Source: Eledone cirrhosa
Taxonomy: Eukaryota
Assembly: GCA_964016885.1 (NCBI GenBank)
Contig: OZ024745.1
Location: 40,486,001 to 40,550,000, forward strand
Direction: 5' to 3'
Length of the DNA stretch: 64,000 nucleotides
The translations under genes were made by a program, and so were the position numbers. Position 1 is the first letter of the stretch. Every line of letters begins with the position of its first letter. The notes under the pieces were generated by a model. It had not been told where the DNA came from. It ran no database searches and worked only from the letters and a program-made list of their open reading frames with translations. Shown here piece by piece: positions 13,572 to 25,638 of the stretch.

Positions 13572-13643
<72 letters not shown>

Positions 13644-13830
13644 AAGAAGAAGAAGAAGAAGAAGAAGAAGAAGAAGAAGAAGAATATATTTTACAGAAAT
13701 ACGGGGGAGTCGATTTCAGAAGAAGAAGAAGAAGAAGAAGAAGAAGAAGAAGAAGAAGAAGAAGATATTTTACAGAAATACGGGGGAGTCGATTTCAGAA
13801 GAAGAAGAAGAAGATGAATAAGAAGAAGCA
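13572..13830. repeat. (AAT)n(AAG)n microsatellite with a duplicated ~30-bp interruption
   Basis: tattttacagaaatacgggggagtcgatttc occurs twice inside the (AAG)n tract. Confidence 0.9.
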
Positions 13831-14287
13831 GCTATGAAGCACAAATAGTCTTGACTTCTAAATACTACATGTTTAAATCGTCAAGCCTATATGTTCAATG
13901 TTGGAAAACCTTTGGTGGCATCCTGATTAGAGTCAGTCTAATGTTATATATCAATATGGAGATCTTTATTGCGATGGATTGGAGAATCATTATTACAATA
14001 CTTACCCCCGCTTTTTATGTTGAATGTTCCTCTTCAGCTGCGGTAGACAAACATAAAAAAAAACACTCCAATACTGGAGTCAACATACTCAAATAAACCC
14101 AGTCTCCTTTTGGGTGAAAATATTTATACGAAGCTGAGTTATTTCTAATTTTCTTTAAATTTTCCCCATCTCCTTCCGTTCAATCAGTTGTCTGTCTGCC
14201 AGTCCCTCATTCCATCCAATCCTCTGTAAGGCATGTTGAATCACAACCCTCCTCACCTTAGATCGTAACATAATTCCTCAGAAAGTG

Positions 14288-14315
14288 GGAGAGAGAGAGA
14301 GAGATAGAGAGAAAG

Positions 14316-14393
<78 letters not shown>

Positions 14394-14412
14394 CGGGGGC
14401 ATAGAGAGAGAA
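14288..14412. repeat. (GA)n/(GATA)n microsatellite
   Basis: Direct repeat count. Confidence 0.92.
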
Positions 14413-16409
14413 AGAGGTGTAGGAGATCGAATCAAAAGAAAGAAAGATAGAAACAACCCAAGTACTGTTACTTCTTCAACCTCGAAAGAATGATTACGAC
14501 GAGATTTGAGGTCTTAGCTCCTGAACAGATATTTGGTGTTCTAATGGTTCCGATTTGATATGTTTAATTTCGTTAGGGCTCTATCGTTGATATTAATCTA
14601 AATGTTAATGTTTGTTCATGCTCTTCTCATTAAAATATTATATAGTACCAATACGTAAGTATTAAATGTAAATTAATGTTTGTGGGAGAGAAAAAGAAGC
14701 TAATGGATAAGGAGAACAAAAGGTATGAATAATCACAAGATTATCGCAAAAGCAAGAAAAGAAACAAAAGACAGATCCGCGATCAATATTGTTGTATGAG
14801 GCCATTTATGAAGGATATCTAAGTAGCGAGGTCAGGATATAAATATTTCAGATGAAATAGTATTAAGTGGCTGCTAATCAGGTTGTCGATCAACAAGACA
14901 TCACGGGGGCTGCCTTGATCTGTTATTTATTAGCAGTATCCAATTATATAGCAGATCTAATTTGTATATTACTTAGACTAATCCCATTCATCGAAATCTT
15001 TAGAAAATGTATAAACGTTAAGATCGTGACATCAATAGTGCAGTTTTCCAACACAAATAGACTGCTCGGCCAATTGCCAGCATCAACACTGTTCACTATT
15101 ATAGTTATTGTAGTAATATGAAAAGTGATAATTTTCGAGTAATGGTAAGCTGGATTTCTTCATCACAATATATTTGGTTATATTACAAACATACTGTCCG
15201 TCTACTGTCATTTTTAAAACATTTGTCAGATTTACCTAGACAATAAGTAGCTTTCTTTCCTCGAAAGATCAGAAAGTTACAAGATTAATCCTCTGAAATT
15301 TACAATTAAACTTATATAGAATTTTGCAATCGTAAATCTAATGATTTAGTTATAGTAATAATTGACTCACGAATAAGAAGTACAAACATACGTCTCCGGA
15401 GATTAATTGGCTTATTTCTTTGATACGAATTTAATTTCATTAGAAGAACATATATCATTTAAAATCTACAATGATTGTAAGTTATATAAACTATTGTGTT
15501 ATCCAGTAAGGTGCAATACAATTATAAAGTGATGATGAGGGATCCGTCATCAGTTTCGACACGTGCTTATTCAGTTTTCCGATCAAGTGAAAATCCTGTC
15601 ATTCATATATGTGTACATATATCAGTCTTCCACAGAGATGTGTGTCCTTGACTAAATCCCAATATTGAATCAGCCGGACAAAATATGTGACAAGACAAGA
15701 CCTTTGAATTATGAATATAATCTGCCATCGTAATCTTACCAATATAATTCGGTCACCTCGACGCTTTGGTAAGGACACCTGAAATTCCAAGCAGTGTGAT
15801 CGGATCGGAACATAGAAGTCCTGATTGAAGAGTCAGGTCTTCTTGCAAAGAAATATGAAGGGAATAAATTCCTGAGTGTTACTTCTTTCGGTATATTTTC
15901 AAATGGAAGCATAGCTAAAAATGGCTTCAAAGTGAGCTATGATTGAAAGATCTACCAATTATGTGTGTGAAGCATGGTAATATATATTAATATTCCATGC
16001 CTCCAAAACTTCAGAATATCAAGGAGAAACAATTCAAGAAGGGTATCTAACTAGAATCCATTCCTTAGATAAAAGACCACATATTTACAATGATGGGAAT
16101 TTTGGATTATATTGACACCAGTAACGGATGACACATTATATTATTAACGCTGTGAGAATTAAGATTAATATCGTCGGTAGTTCTATCTGAAATCAGGAAT
16201 CAAGAGGTATATATGAATACCGAAAAGATAATTTCTGGTTGCCTTCAGGATTCTGCCACAACAATGCGCTGAATTAATTAAAGATATCAGCTTACCTATA
16301 TGTTGTGATTGTGTTCTACGGAGCGACATTTTTGGATGACAATGCTGGATTCAGATCTAATGTACAAAGCGTATTACTCAGAGATTAGTTTGTTCGGCTT
16401 ATGATCACA

Positions 16410-16660
16410 AGACTATGTGATCCATTCCCGTTTGAGCAATTTGCATTTGAGCATAACATATTTCATGCTGTTTCAGTCCAATGAACTTGCAAATATGAGT
16501 TGTATTCCAAACGATCACCCATTCACGTCGTATATAATGTTCAGAATTACGTTTAGCGACGTGCCTGTGGAATGCTCAGCCAATTGCACCATAATTTCAC
16601 GACCAGGCTTTTGTGTTGATAAAAAAATCTGGAACACACATCGTCAGAAGCGGAGGCTTT
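16410..16660 (+). mobile_element. Decayed SINE of a second family (related pieces at ~28180-28390 and ~36200-36315)
   Basis: Shared motif tgtgga.tgctcagcca.ttgca...aatttcacga seen in degenerate form at three places in the window. Confidence 0.5.
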
Positions 16661-16794
16661 CCAGCACATACATGGAAACGCAAACCTGTAGAGACACACA
16701 CCCAATCCTACGTCTGGTGTAAATATTTCTTACAAAATGCAGTATTGAATTAGAACGGATATGTGTCGCGTAATTCAAATATTTTGCAATTTAG

Positions 16795-16975
16795 AGGTAG
16801 GGGAAAGTCGATGAAATCGACCTCAGCGCGTGACTGGTATTTTATTTTATCCAACCCATAAGGATGAAAGGCAAAACTAATCGCGGCAGGATTTGAACTC
16901 AGAACGTAAATGGCCTTAAATCTATGCCACGACATTGGGTGTCTGACGCTCCACCGATACGGCCTATTCCCACCT
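16795..16975 (-). mobile_element. tRNA-derived SINE (octopus OK/OR-like family), decayed
   Basis: B-box-like GAGTTCAAATCC and the shared body tttgcctttcatcctt...aaataaaataccag on the minus strand. Confidence 0.75.
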
Positions 16976-17396
16976 TTATATATTTTGTAAGAGGTAACTA
17001 AACAAGCAGATAGTACATTTTTAACATTAAGTCAATTAGAATATTTCAGGATGTGTATTATTTTCGGAGTACGTTTTTCTCCTTCTCTGATTTGAGATGT
17101 CTGAGTGTCAAATGCATCGGTAACATCAATACCATGCCAAATCCAAACGTGTTTCTCTGAATTCCATATTATTTCATTCATTGAAACATATTTTGTAATA
17201 GAATATCCGTATATTTTTGTAACGGACTGTTAGACGAATTGCTATTTCGTATCATCATTAATTTCTAAATTTACTTTGTCGTTTTTAACATTGTATTTTA
17301 TTTGATAACTACGAGACCGGGGTACCATCTCAGTACTTTAGAAAAAGTATAACACGGGGCTTTAGCCAAGTATATGGAATGTGTATTATATAGTGC

Positions 17397-17683
17397 GTGG
17401 AGGCACGTGGCCTAGTGGTAAGAGTGTTGGACTTACGATCATAATGCCGTGGGCTCGATTCCTGGGTTGCGTGTTGTGTTCTTGAGCAAAACACTTCATT
17501 TCATGTTGCTCCAGTATACTCAGCTGAAAATGAGTACCAGCAATAGATGGAGGTTTAACCCTGTGGTGGACTGGCGGCCTGTCCAGGGGGATGTCTTGCA
17601 CTCTCAGTCTCTTCACGCCATGAAACCGGGATAAGCACCGGCCAAATGAGCCTTCTGGCTTAAGACAGACTTTAGACTTAGAC
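17397..17683 (+). mobile_element. Well-preserved tRNA-head SINE with CORE-like centre and 10-bp TSD
   Basis: A box TGGCCTAGTGG, B box GGCTCGATTCC, CORE-like gtgttcttgagcaaaacactt, (TTAGAC)n tail; TSD tatatagtgc at 17387-17396 and 17684-17693. Confidence 0.88.
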
Positions 17684-19148
17684 TATATAGTGCTACTATT
17701 CCGCATTTATGTACATATAAATGGAGAACGAGTCAGTATTTTGAAAACTGCTATGAATAGAAGAAAGGAAGCTACAGAACAAATGATGACATACTGGACA
17801 ATGTTTAGCTACTTCTAATTGTTTAATTAATGTGGGTGAATCATGCTGAGATTTGGCGTTAAATTCCATCTCTCTAGCGTCGATATAATAAGCACCAGTC
17901 AAATGCTAGACTGGATTAATTGAACTTCAACCCCAACTCACAATTATAAATAATTATAATAATGAGAGATACAACTAAATGTTGATAATTCTTTATTTAC
18001 AGTCATTATCGAAAGCACCACTATGTTACTGTTGTACAATGACTAATTAACGTGAAATCCTAATTGCTATGAGACAAATGATAGTTAATATATATAGATA
18101 AATACAATTAATAAATAATGTAGATTGTAAGTCAAAAATAATGAAACAATTAATTGCTCTAAGAGTGCTTCAGATAAATAGACACTCTTATATTTTTGAA
18201 AAGAGGAGGAGGAGAGAGTCAAGGTGATCATGAATGACACAAACATGATAATTCGTTACTCCTTGCATAAAATATTATTAGCCACTCTCTACGAAGGCCT
18301 TAATAATATATTTAAACAGGTTTCATGAATCATAACATAGTTATGAAAGATTAGAGTGCATCCATACTTTAAAATTAAAATAAGTGGAGTTGTGCAATGT
18401 GGCATATTCTTCTCCTCATATTCTATTCAACATGAATAAGCAGCATTACGCATGTAATTCTAAGTTATCTCTCTTCAATAAAAACGAATCTTGCTCTATG
18501 TATACTTCTAACGGCATACGTCAGTAACATAGGTATTCAATCTACAATGGATGTCGATTTCTTTCAATCATAGTGGTTCATAACACTCATATATAGGAAT
18601 AACATAGTACATGGCACGTTTTCATATGTTCAGTGAATATATTCGTGCTGAGGGTGCGAATGTAGGTGTGATATCCATATTATAATCAAAGATATATATA
18701 GATGAATTCGATATCTAATATGTGTTCGAAAATGATATAATATGAGAGGGTCTGTGTTAAAAGATTATAACGAAGGAAAGTTATATAAATAAGTTATATT
18801 TGGACGATCGAGTATGGAAATTATAATAATATAATACCGTGTGCACCAGAGTTAATGGATGTATTTTGAAGAATCATCTACCAAGGTACAATCGAATAGA
18901 GTTTGATTTTTATGCAAACGTCTGATTCACGTCATCAAAGGTGGATGTAATAAAAATAGTTATCAGTTTCTTCGAGCCAAAGGATTTTCTTTTGTCAGTA
19001 GTCTCAAAACACATTACTTTAAGCTTTTAAAGGGAAATACATAGTTAGAAAGTCACAGATCCATTAGTATTAAGAAACTTATTCCGGTAATAACTGCGAA
19101 TGGTAACAAACGCAATGTGATGAACAAACTTGGAGGAATATGCCAATA

Positions 19149-19990
19149 TTAGGCGTCACCATCCATTTCATTGTTTTTTGTGTAGATAACATTGCTTTTG
19201 TTATTAAAATGCAGTGTTGTTGCGTGTAATAGGTGTACCCTATCTGCAATTGTGTTTTCAGATACAGAAATTTCATTATATATGGACTCATCCACAAAGT
19301 CAAAGTCAGTGAGATCTTTAGAGGGGTGCATTGAGCTCATGCGGGGTTCGATGGTTATACCTTTGTTATTGATTTTGTTAATTGAGAGTCTCAGGGCGTA
19401 GTCTAGTGCAATGTTAAAGAAGAATGGCAAGAGTGTCACATTGCAGCCCTCCTGCTGTGATGTCAAAGAACTCTGTGATGGGTGATGATAGTGCACTTGT
19501 GTTGGGATACAGAGCCTTAATTGCTTCCAAAAGTCTTCCTATGATGCAAAATAAGTGGAGAATTACAAACAGAATATCTCTGTTTATGCTGTCAAGAGCG
19601 TTTCTGAAGTCAACAAAATCTAGAACCATTCTGTTTGAGTTTCTCATCTCTTTCACTACACTTCTCAAGGCCTAAATCTGTGCAATAGTAGATCTACCAC
19701 GTTTAAAACCATTTTGGTTGATGCGAAAGATTGGATCAACATTTGGAACTCTACGGTGGAGCATTCGCTTCTTGTAGATCTTGGCAGCAATGGTTATAAG
19801 TGATGTTCCTCGGTAGATTTTGGGGGAGATGAGAGGTCGCACTTTGGGGAGGAATTATGCTGCTTTTAGTCAACTTATTGGAGAAGTTGTGTTGCTTAAG
19901 GTGTCGTTGCACATTGATAATAGGACTGACGTTAGGTTTGGGTCTTTCCAAATTATACTGGGTTATTATCGAGACTGAGCGATTCTTTGC
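19149..19990 (-). mobile_element. Decayed RTE-clade LINE, RT core
   Basis: Degenerate RT motifs NQNGFKRGRST, FVDFRNALDSI, GGLQCDTLA, FNIALDYAL, DFDFVD. Confidence 0.8.
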
Positions 19991-20720
19991 TGTCAAGACT
20001 GAGTGATATGTTTACTATGCGGTTGCCATTTGACATTGCACGTCTTACAGATTGTCTACAAAATGCGCAACCACTTTTGACATCACTCCAGGAAGATTCC
20101 ACTTACTTTAGCCTTCATCTCAGGGACGGTAGAACAGACTACATATCAAACTGCACATCAAAGCAATCAACGGCAGTGATATTAAGCAAGTCGAGGATTT
20201 CAAGGATCATGGACTCTTAGAAGTATTTTGCCACGAGAAAGTTCCAAGCATGGTCAGTTTAGCAACAAGATGCATCAAGTTTGGCGCTCAAATTTTTCTA
20301 ACCACACCAAATTAAGACTCTTCCAATTAACAATTCACTTGGACACTTTCCTGGAAACAACAAAAACGCCTTGATGGCACCTACACTCGCCTGCTTCGAC
20401 GCATTCAGAATTTTTTTTTCTGGTGACACCTGACTTTGAAAGAAATATATGCCGGCCTCCCACGCATAACTGTCGTTGTATGTAAAAGGAGATTAAGATT
20501 TGTTGGCTACTGCCATCGTACCACCTATGAGGCTGTGTCTCCATTACTGCTTTGGAAACCACAAGCAGACACTACTAAGAGGTGGCGCAAGCTCTCCTAT
20601 CCTGACGTCATCTCCAGAGATTCTGGTATTGAAATCCAAGATTTGGCAGCAGAAATGAACGACAGGCCCACGTGGAGATCAATTGTTGAGTCAATTTCGG
20701 CTGAGGCAGCCGGATGATGA
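19987..20720 (+). mobile_element. Decayed RTE-clade LINE, 3' part
   Basis: DIARL...AQPLL after the catalytic motif; RRLRFVGYCHR...LLLWKP...MNDRPTWRSIV; ends TGATGAT. Confidence 0.8.
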
Positions 20721-23700
20721 TATAGACTTATGAAAGAACTAATACCACAGAATTACACGCACAGACTAGTTATTGTGTAGTTCGAGTCGCTATGATGGAG
20801 CCGTCATATGACACATATGAAATCGCCTTAATCATTGGGTGATTCACAAATGTGTATTTCTAGTTGTGCCAGGTCTACGATAGTTACAAATAATATTGCA
20901 CATGAGTAACTACTTAATTATATTTCTCACTTGCAGCATGAGAGTAAAGTAAAGTTCCTGTATATGTGTAGCGAACGAGGATGCAGTACTGGAGCTTGCT
21001 TATTTTACCCAATAAATGTGAGTAGGCGTGCAAAGGAAAATCACTTTCATTTCCTGTATATAATTGGAAAGTGCGTCTGAATTAGTATTATATGTGAATA
21101 TACATAAACTAACTAATGTGTTATTACTGAATCATTTTTATAATGTATATATATTTATATATACATATCTTTATATATATATGTGTGTGTGTCTGAATGT
21201 AAGTGTTATTAGGTTCACGCTTTAGGTGAAAGAGAAAACATTTAAATATATTGGACAGTAGTCCTTCATAAAAAGAGTATAATAGTAGATAGATAAAAAA
21301 ATAAATGATAGATAAAAGGGGATATATGTATATTTTTTTAATGTTTTTGTTGCGTGTCTGTGTATATATTGGTGGAATGGTTTATACATTGTTCGTGCGT
21401 GGCTGCCTCTTGCGATATGAATCTCTCACTGAGATCATAAATCATGGCCTGAACAACGCAGGCTTCTATTCCCATGTGTAGACAGCGGGGCCGGACTGTG
21501 GCGTCGACAAAAGGCCAGATGTCTTGACTATCTTCTAATTCTGCGTGCAAATTACCCTAAATATTGTGACCCATTCTCTAGTGGCAGCTTTGTGCGTTCA
21601 GATGCCAGCCTGAATAAGGGAAACTGTGAAGATATCGGCCGCACTCTCAGGGTTGTGTTTGAGCCTGTAGCAGTGGAGATTTCTGGCATTCTTGGAATAT
21701 GGACCACATAGCTCATAGGAGGAAGGCTGAAATTTAAGATTTATTAATGGCGGTGGCATGTGGATTAGATTTACTTCCATTAGCATGATCAGTAAGAAAT
21801 AAAAAAAAAGAATTAATAGTCGCAGTCTTTCACTCCATTACTATATACATCTTTGAAATTAGTCATAAGTTGGATAATAAACCATACTTAGTTGAACGGG
21901 TTGAACCTGCTGACAGGTGTGTGTGTGAATGGGTGTGAGTGTACCTTTCAACGTGTTTGTTTATTAATATGTCAAATATATTTTGTTGTATGTGTAATGT
22001 ATCTAAGTGTATTTAAGTATATTTATATGGTGAAGCAATGTTTTATCTGAGTTGGTGTGTGCGTGAATACGAGACAATTAGATGGCGATGGGTGGTGCAT
22101 TTAGTCCATTGGGTGTTAGTATAGGAAACATAAACCTCTGTTACTCCTGGTGGTGCGGGTATTGGAGTCCGATGCAAGAGCGTACCCAAACACAGCAAGA
22201 TGGTATGTGGGATTACCGGCAGTAAGGAGATGTCGGTTTACCCACGACGAGTTGCCGATATGGATGTCACAAATCTCTAGGCCTGTTGATGGCCAGTGTC
22301 AGCATAGAATATTGCCTCGCATAGGGTGATCTGGAGCCCATAGACGAGAGTTGTAGAATGCCATCTGAAAGAGACTCTAAAATACTGCTGTTATGTCCGT
22401 TGAAGTTAGTGCTGTGGGTTATAAAGATGCATGCGGCCAAGTAGGTTCGGGTGGAGGGATCGGATACAGGCGAGTATTTGAAAGAAGTGAGGGAATCACC
22501 AGCGAGAAGTTTTCTTAATGTTTGTGTTTCAAACAGAGGACTGGTCGGAGAGGAAAATTAGTAGAGGTGGAGTGATCAGATTGAATGCAGATTAAAGATG
22601 GCTGATGTGATGAATGTACGTTTGTAGCGGTTGATAGAAATAGAGATATCAAGGAAGTTGGTGGAAATATTGGTGATAGAGGTGGTGATAAAGAGGTCAA
22701 AGACACAGATGGCGTAGTTGGTGGCAGAGTGGTCACCAGAGATTTAATGATGGAGTCCCGGAAAGCTGACACAAGATCGGTTGGACAATTTCATGGGTAG
22801 ACGATGGGTGACCCATGTGTATCTGGTTTTTTTAATTTTGGAGACGTTAGGGGGGGGGGTGCATACATTAAGTTTGGTGGTTGTGGGTGGTATATGGGAG
22901 GAGGTAATATGTTCGCGTAAAGTGGAGGAAACATGCTGGTATAGAGGAGTGGCGCCCAAAAAGCGAGAGGCGATAAAAGACTTTGTTGCGGAGCTACTGT
23001 AAGAGCTCAGTTTTGTAGAGTTCAAAGCGCCATACTATCACAGTATTCCATTTGTCAACTGGTTTGGTGACGATGACATCAGTTGTAGTATGGATTGATG
23101 GGCGGCGATTTTAGCACGGGAGATATTACTCCGTTCGAAGCGATGTCGAAATGCGAACAGAGACACGTACCGATGACAGCCTTCAATGAACGTGTCTATG
23201 AACAATTCATGACATAGACACGTTCCTTCATGTTTATTATCGAGTGGTGACTCAGTTCGAATTTCAGAAAAGCTTCCAACGGAGTAACATCTCCCGGGCT
23301 GAAATCAACGCCTCCACTCCCTCAGACAACGTGATGTCGTCGTAATGAAACGAGTCACACAAAATAAACACATAAACACGAAGAAAGTTGAAATATTGAG
23401 AAATGGAATTTCGGTGTCGCTGGATTGTTCATCATCACAACATCGTAACCGGATTTTTAAATCTAGTAGAACAAAGAAACTTGATAAAACATCTATTTTC
23501 CTTCCTATTTTAATTAAATTCTAAAGGAGGATGTTGATGTGTTTCATCAATGTTATTTTTATTCGTTTTAGCCATCTTGTCTTTTGTTATTTCTTTCTCT
23601 TTATTACACACTCCTAAAACTTCGGAATATACGGTTGGCTCTTATGTGTCTCGATATCTATTAACAAACTTGAAATTTCCATTAATCGACAGAGTAATGT

Positions 23701-25479
23701 CAACCAACAGTTTAATTGCCAATGTTGAAACAGCAACGATTTTTGTTGCTGTTTAACACCTGGTTATTCCTGGTCAAACTGACTGCATCTGTAACAATTC
23801 TGTTTCCAGATGCACGTCATTCGTGTGCAACTTTTCCAATTCGCTATGATTTATTTCGTTTTTTTTGTTGTTTTTTTTTTATATTTTATTTCAGAGATTT
23901 GACTGCTATTTCTAGCATGTTGAGTAGCCATCTAAGGACTTTCCCGTAGGCAATTCAAAATTAGTTCTCACAATGTTTCTATTCTATCATATGCCGTAAT
24001 ATATGGTGGTGGCCAAGCGCAGGAAACGCTCTCGGAAAAAAAAGACATTTATACCCCCAATCTTAGCACCGATCTTTAACTTTAATATAAATTTATATAC
24101 GATAAATGTTTATATGTAAATATGTTTCCTTTTCCGTTCCCCATACATTCTAATTCCCCATACATTCTAATTTCAAACCTTCGTGTTTTGTTGCAGGTTT
24201 TTTTTCTTGTATATTTTCCCATTGTACGTTTGAAGAGAAGGTAAAAGGAATATATTTTAATTAGCTGTTACTTATGAATAACACCACTTCTATACTACCA
24301 TGAGAAAACTATAGACAACACAAATTCTTACCTTCTGTCGTGATATTTGACACAGTATAAATTAAAGTTATTCAGTAATTAATTATCATATATAATTGTG
24401 ACTACAGGTCAGAAATCAGTCATGCCCGTGTTCCTTACTAATTTTGATTTCGTGTTTCTGTTATGACAAATAAATGTATGGACCCATAACACCTGAGGGA
24501 GTCGTAGTGGAACCGCATTAACATACGCCGTTTCTGGGGGTTTTCTCTCCTAAACCTGACGGAGACCATCTCTTCTTCAGGTCTAAAAACCACATATTTA
24601 TTTCAAGAGGATCGAGGGTGACAGCATGGAAGTAAGAAAGTGATAAAGAGGAAGAAGGACCCACTTTAGTACTAGACTGATGCTTTTTGATAGCCTTCGA
24701 ATGGAACGAATACCGCAAACCATTCTACCAGACACTTATTCAATTATGATATATGCTTTCTCTAAGTATATTTATAAGATATCGTAATCTCACATCCCGA
24801 ACACCTTTTGAAACTAAATCCTTATGAATATTAATAACTTTTGTTTATTACATTTTTATTATTTTGCTTTCTATGAAATGCTTAACAAAATAATTTTTTT
24901 TTATTAGTTCCGCTGAAATGTTCAGATCTCAATGTCAATTATTATGAACGTAGAGGGCAATACATAAATTGGGAACCTTTCTTCAGTTGCCGCTTAACAC
25001 GCACAACTGACAGGTAGTGAAATCAAGATAGCGAGATTTGAAATCAAAATACACCTATCCAATAGACTGTCGTCGAAAGAAATATGGCAATATTTAGCAG
25101 CTATTAATACCACGAAGGAAAACTTGCGAAATCCATTTCACTTAGAACCTAGCATCTGAACGAACTAATGTGTGTTTGCTCAGCCACAAGAAATATTTAT
25201 CACAATTATGTGAGAGATATTATACAAATATAAATATTTGCTCAACAAAGACGTGGTGAGAGCTTATTTTCTATGATATGTTTTTTTTTTTTATATCAAC
25301 CTATCTGCAGACAGAAAGAAATACACACACACACAACACACATGCATGCATACATTTGTACATATATATATATATATTTATATACAAAGCAACACTCTTT
25401 TTGGTAGAGTTGATTATGCGGGTGCTGGCTGCTCTTTCTAGCAGATGTGGCAATCGATAAATGTTCAGCTTTTTCCTAC

Positions 25480-25638
25480 CTTCCATGACGTATTCCACGT
25501 TACAATTTCTTCCGCCAGAGAAATATTCACTTTCGTACGGTTGGGTTAGGATACATTCCATAAAATGAGGGCTTTCCTGAAGATTGGGCTGCTTCACTGT
25601 GTTGTTGCATTTCTCTGGTGCACAGATGTTGCAAAACA
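25480..25638 (-). CDS. Candidate isolated Cys-containing internal exon of an unknown host gene
   Basis: tttcactcag|TG...GAAG|gtagga; 159 nt, phase 1-1; only one open frame (FCNICAPEKCNNT...NCNVEYVME); no recognisable domain. Confidence 0.25.

Noticed and set aside
13079-13573. 164-aa ORF upstream of Tx1 ORF1
   Set aside because: Starts at a TTG formed by the microsatellite junction and has no motif; treated as 5'UTR.
16550-16700. Apparent minus-strand exon with a strong acceptor
   Set aside because: Overlaps a decayed SINE; all frames close quickly.
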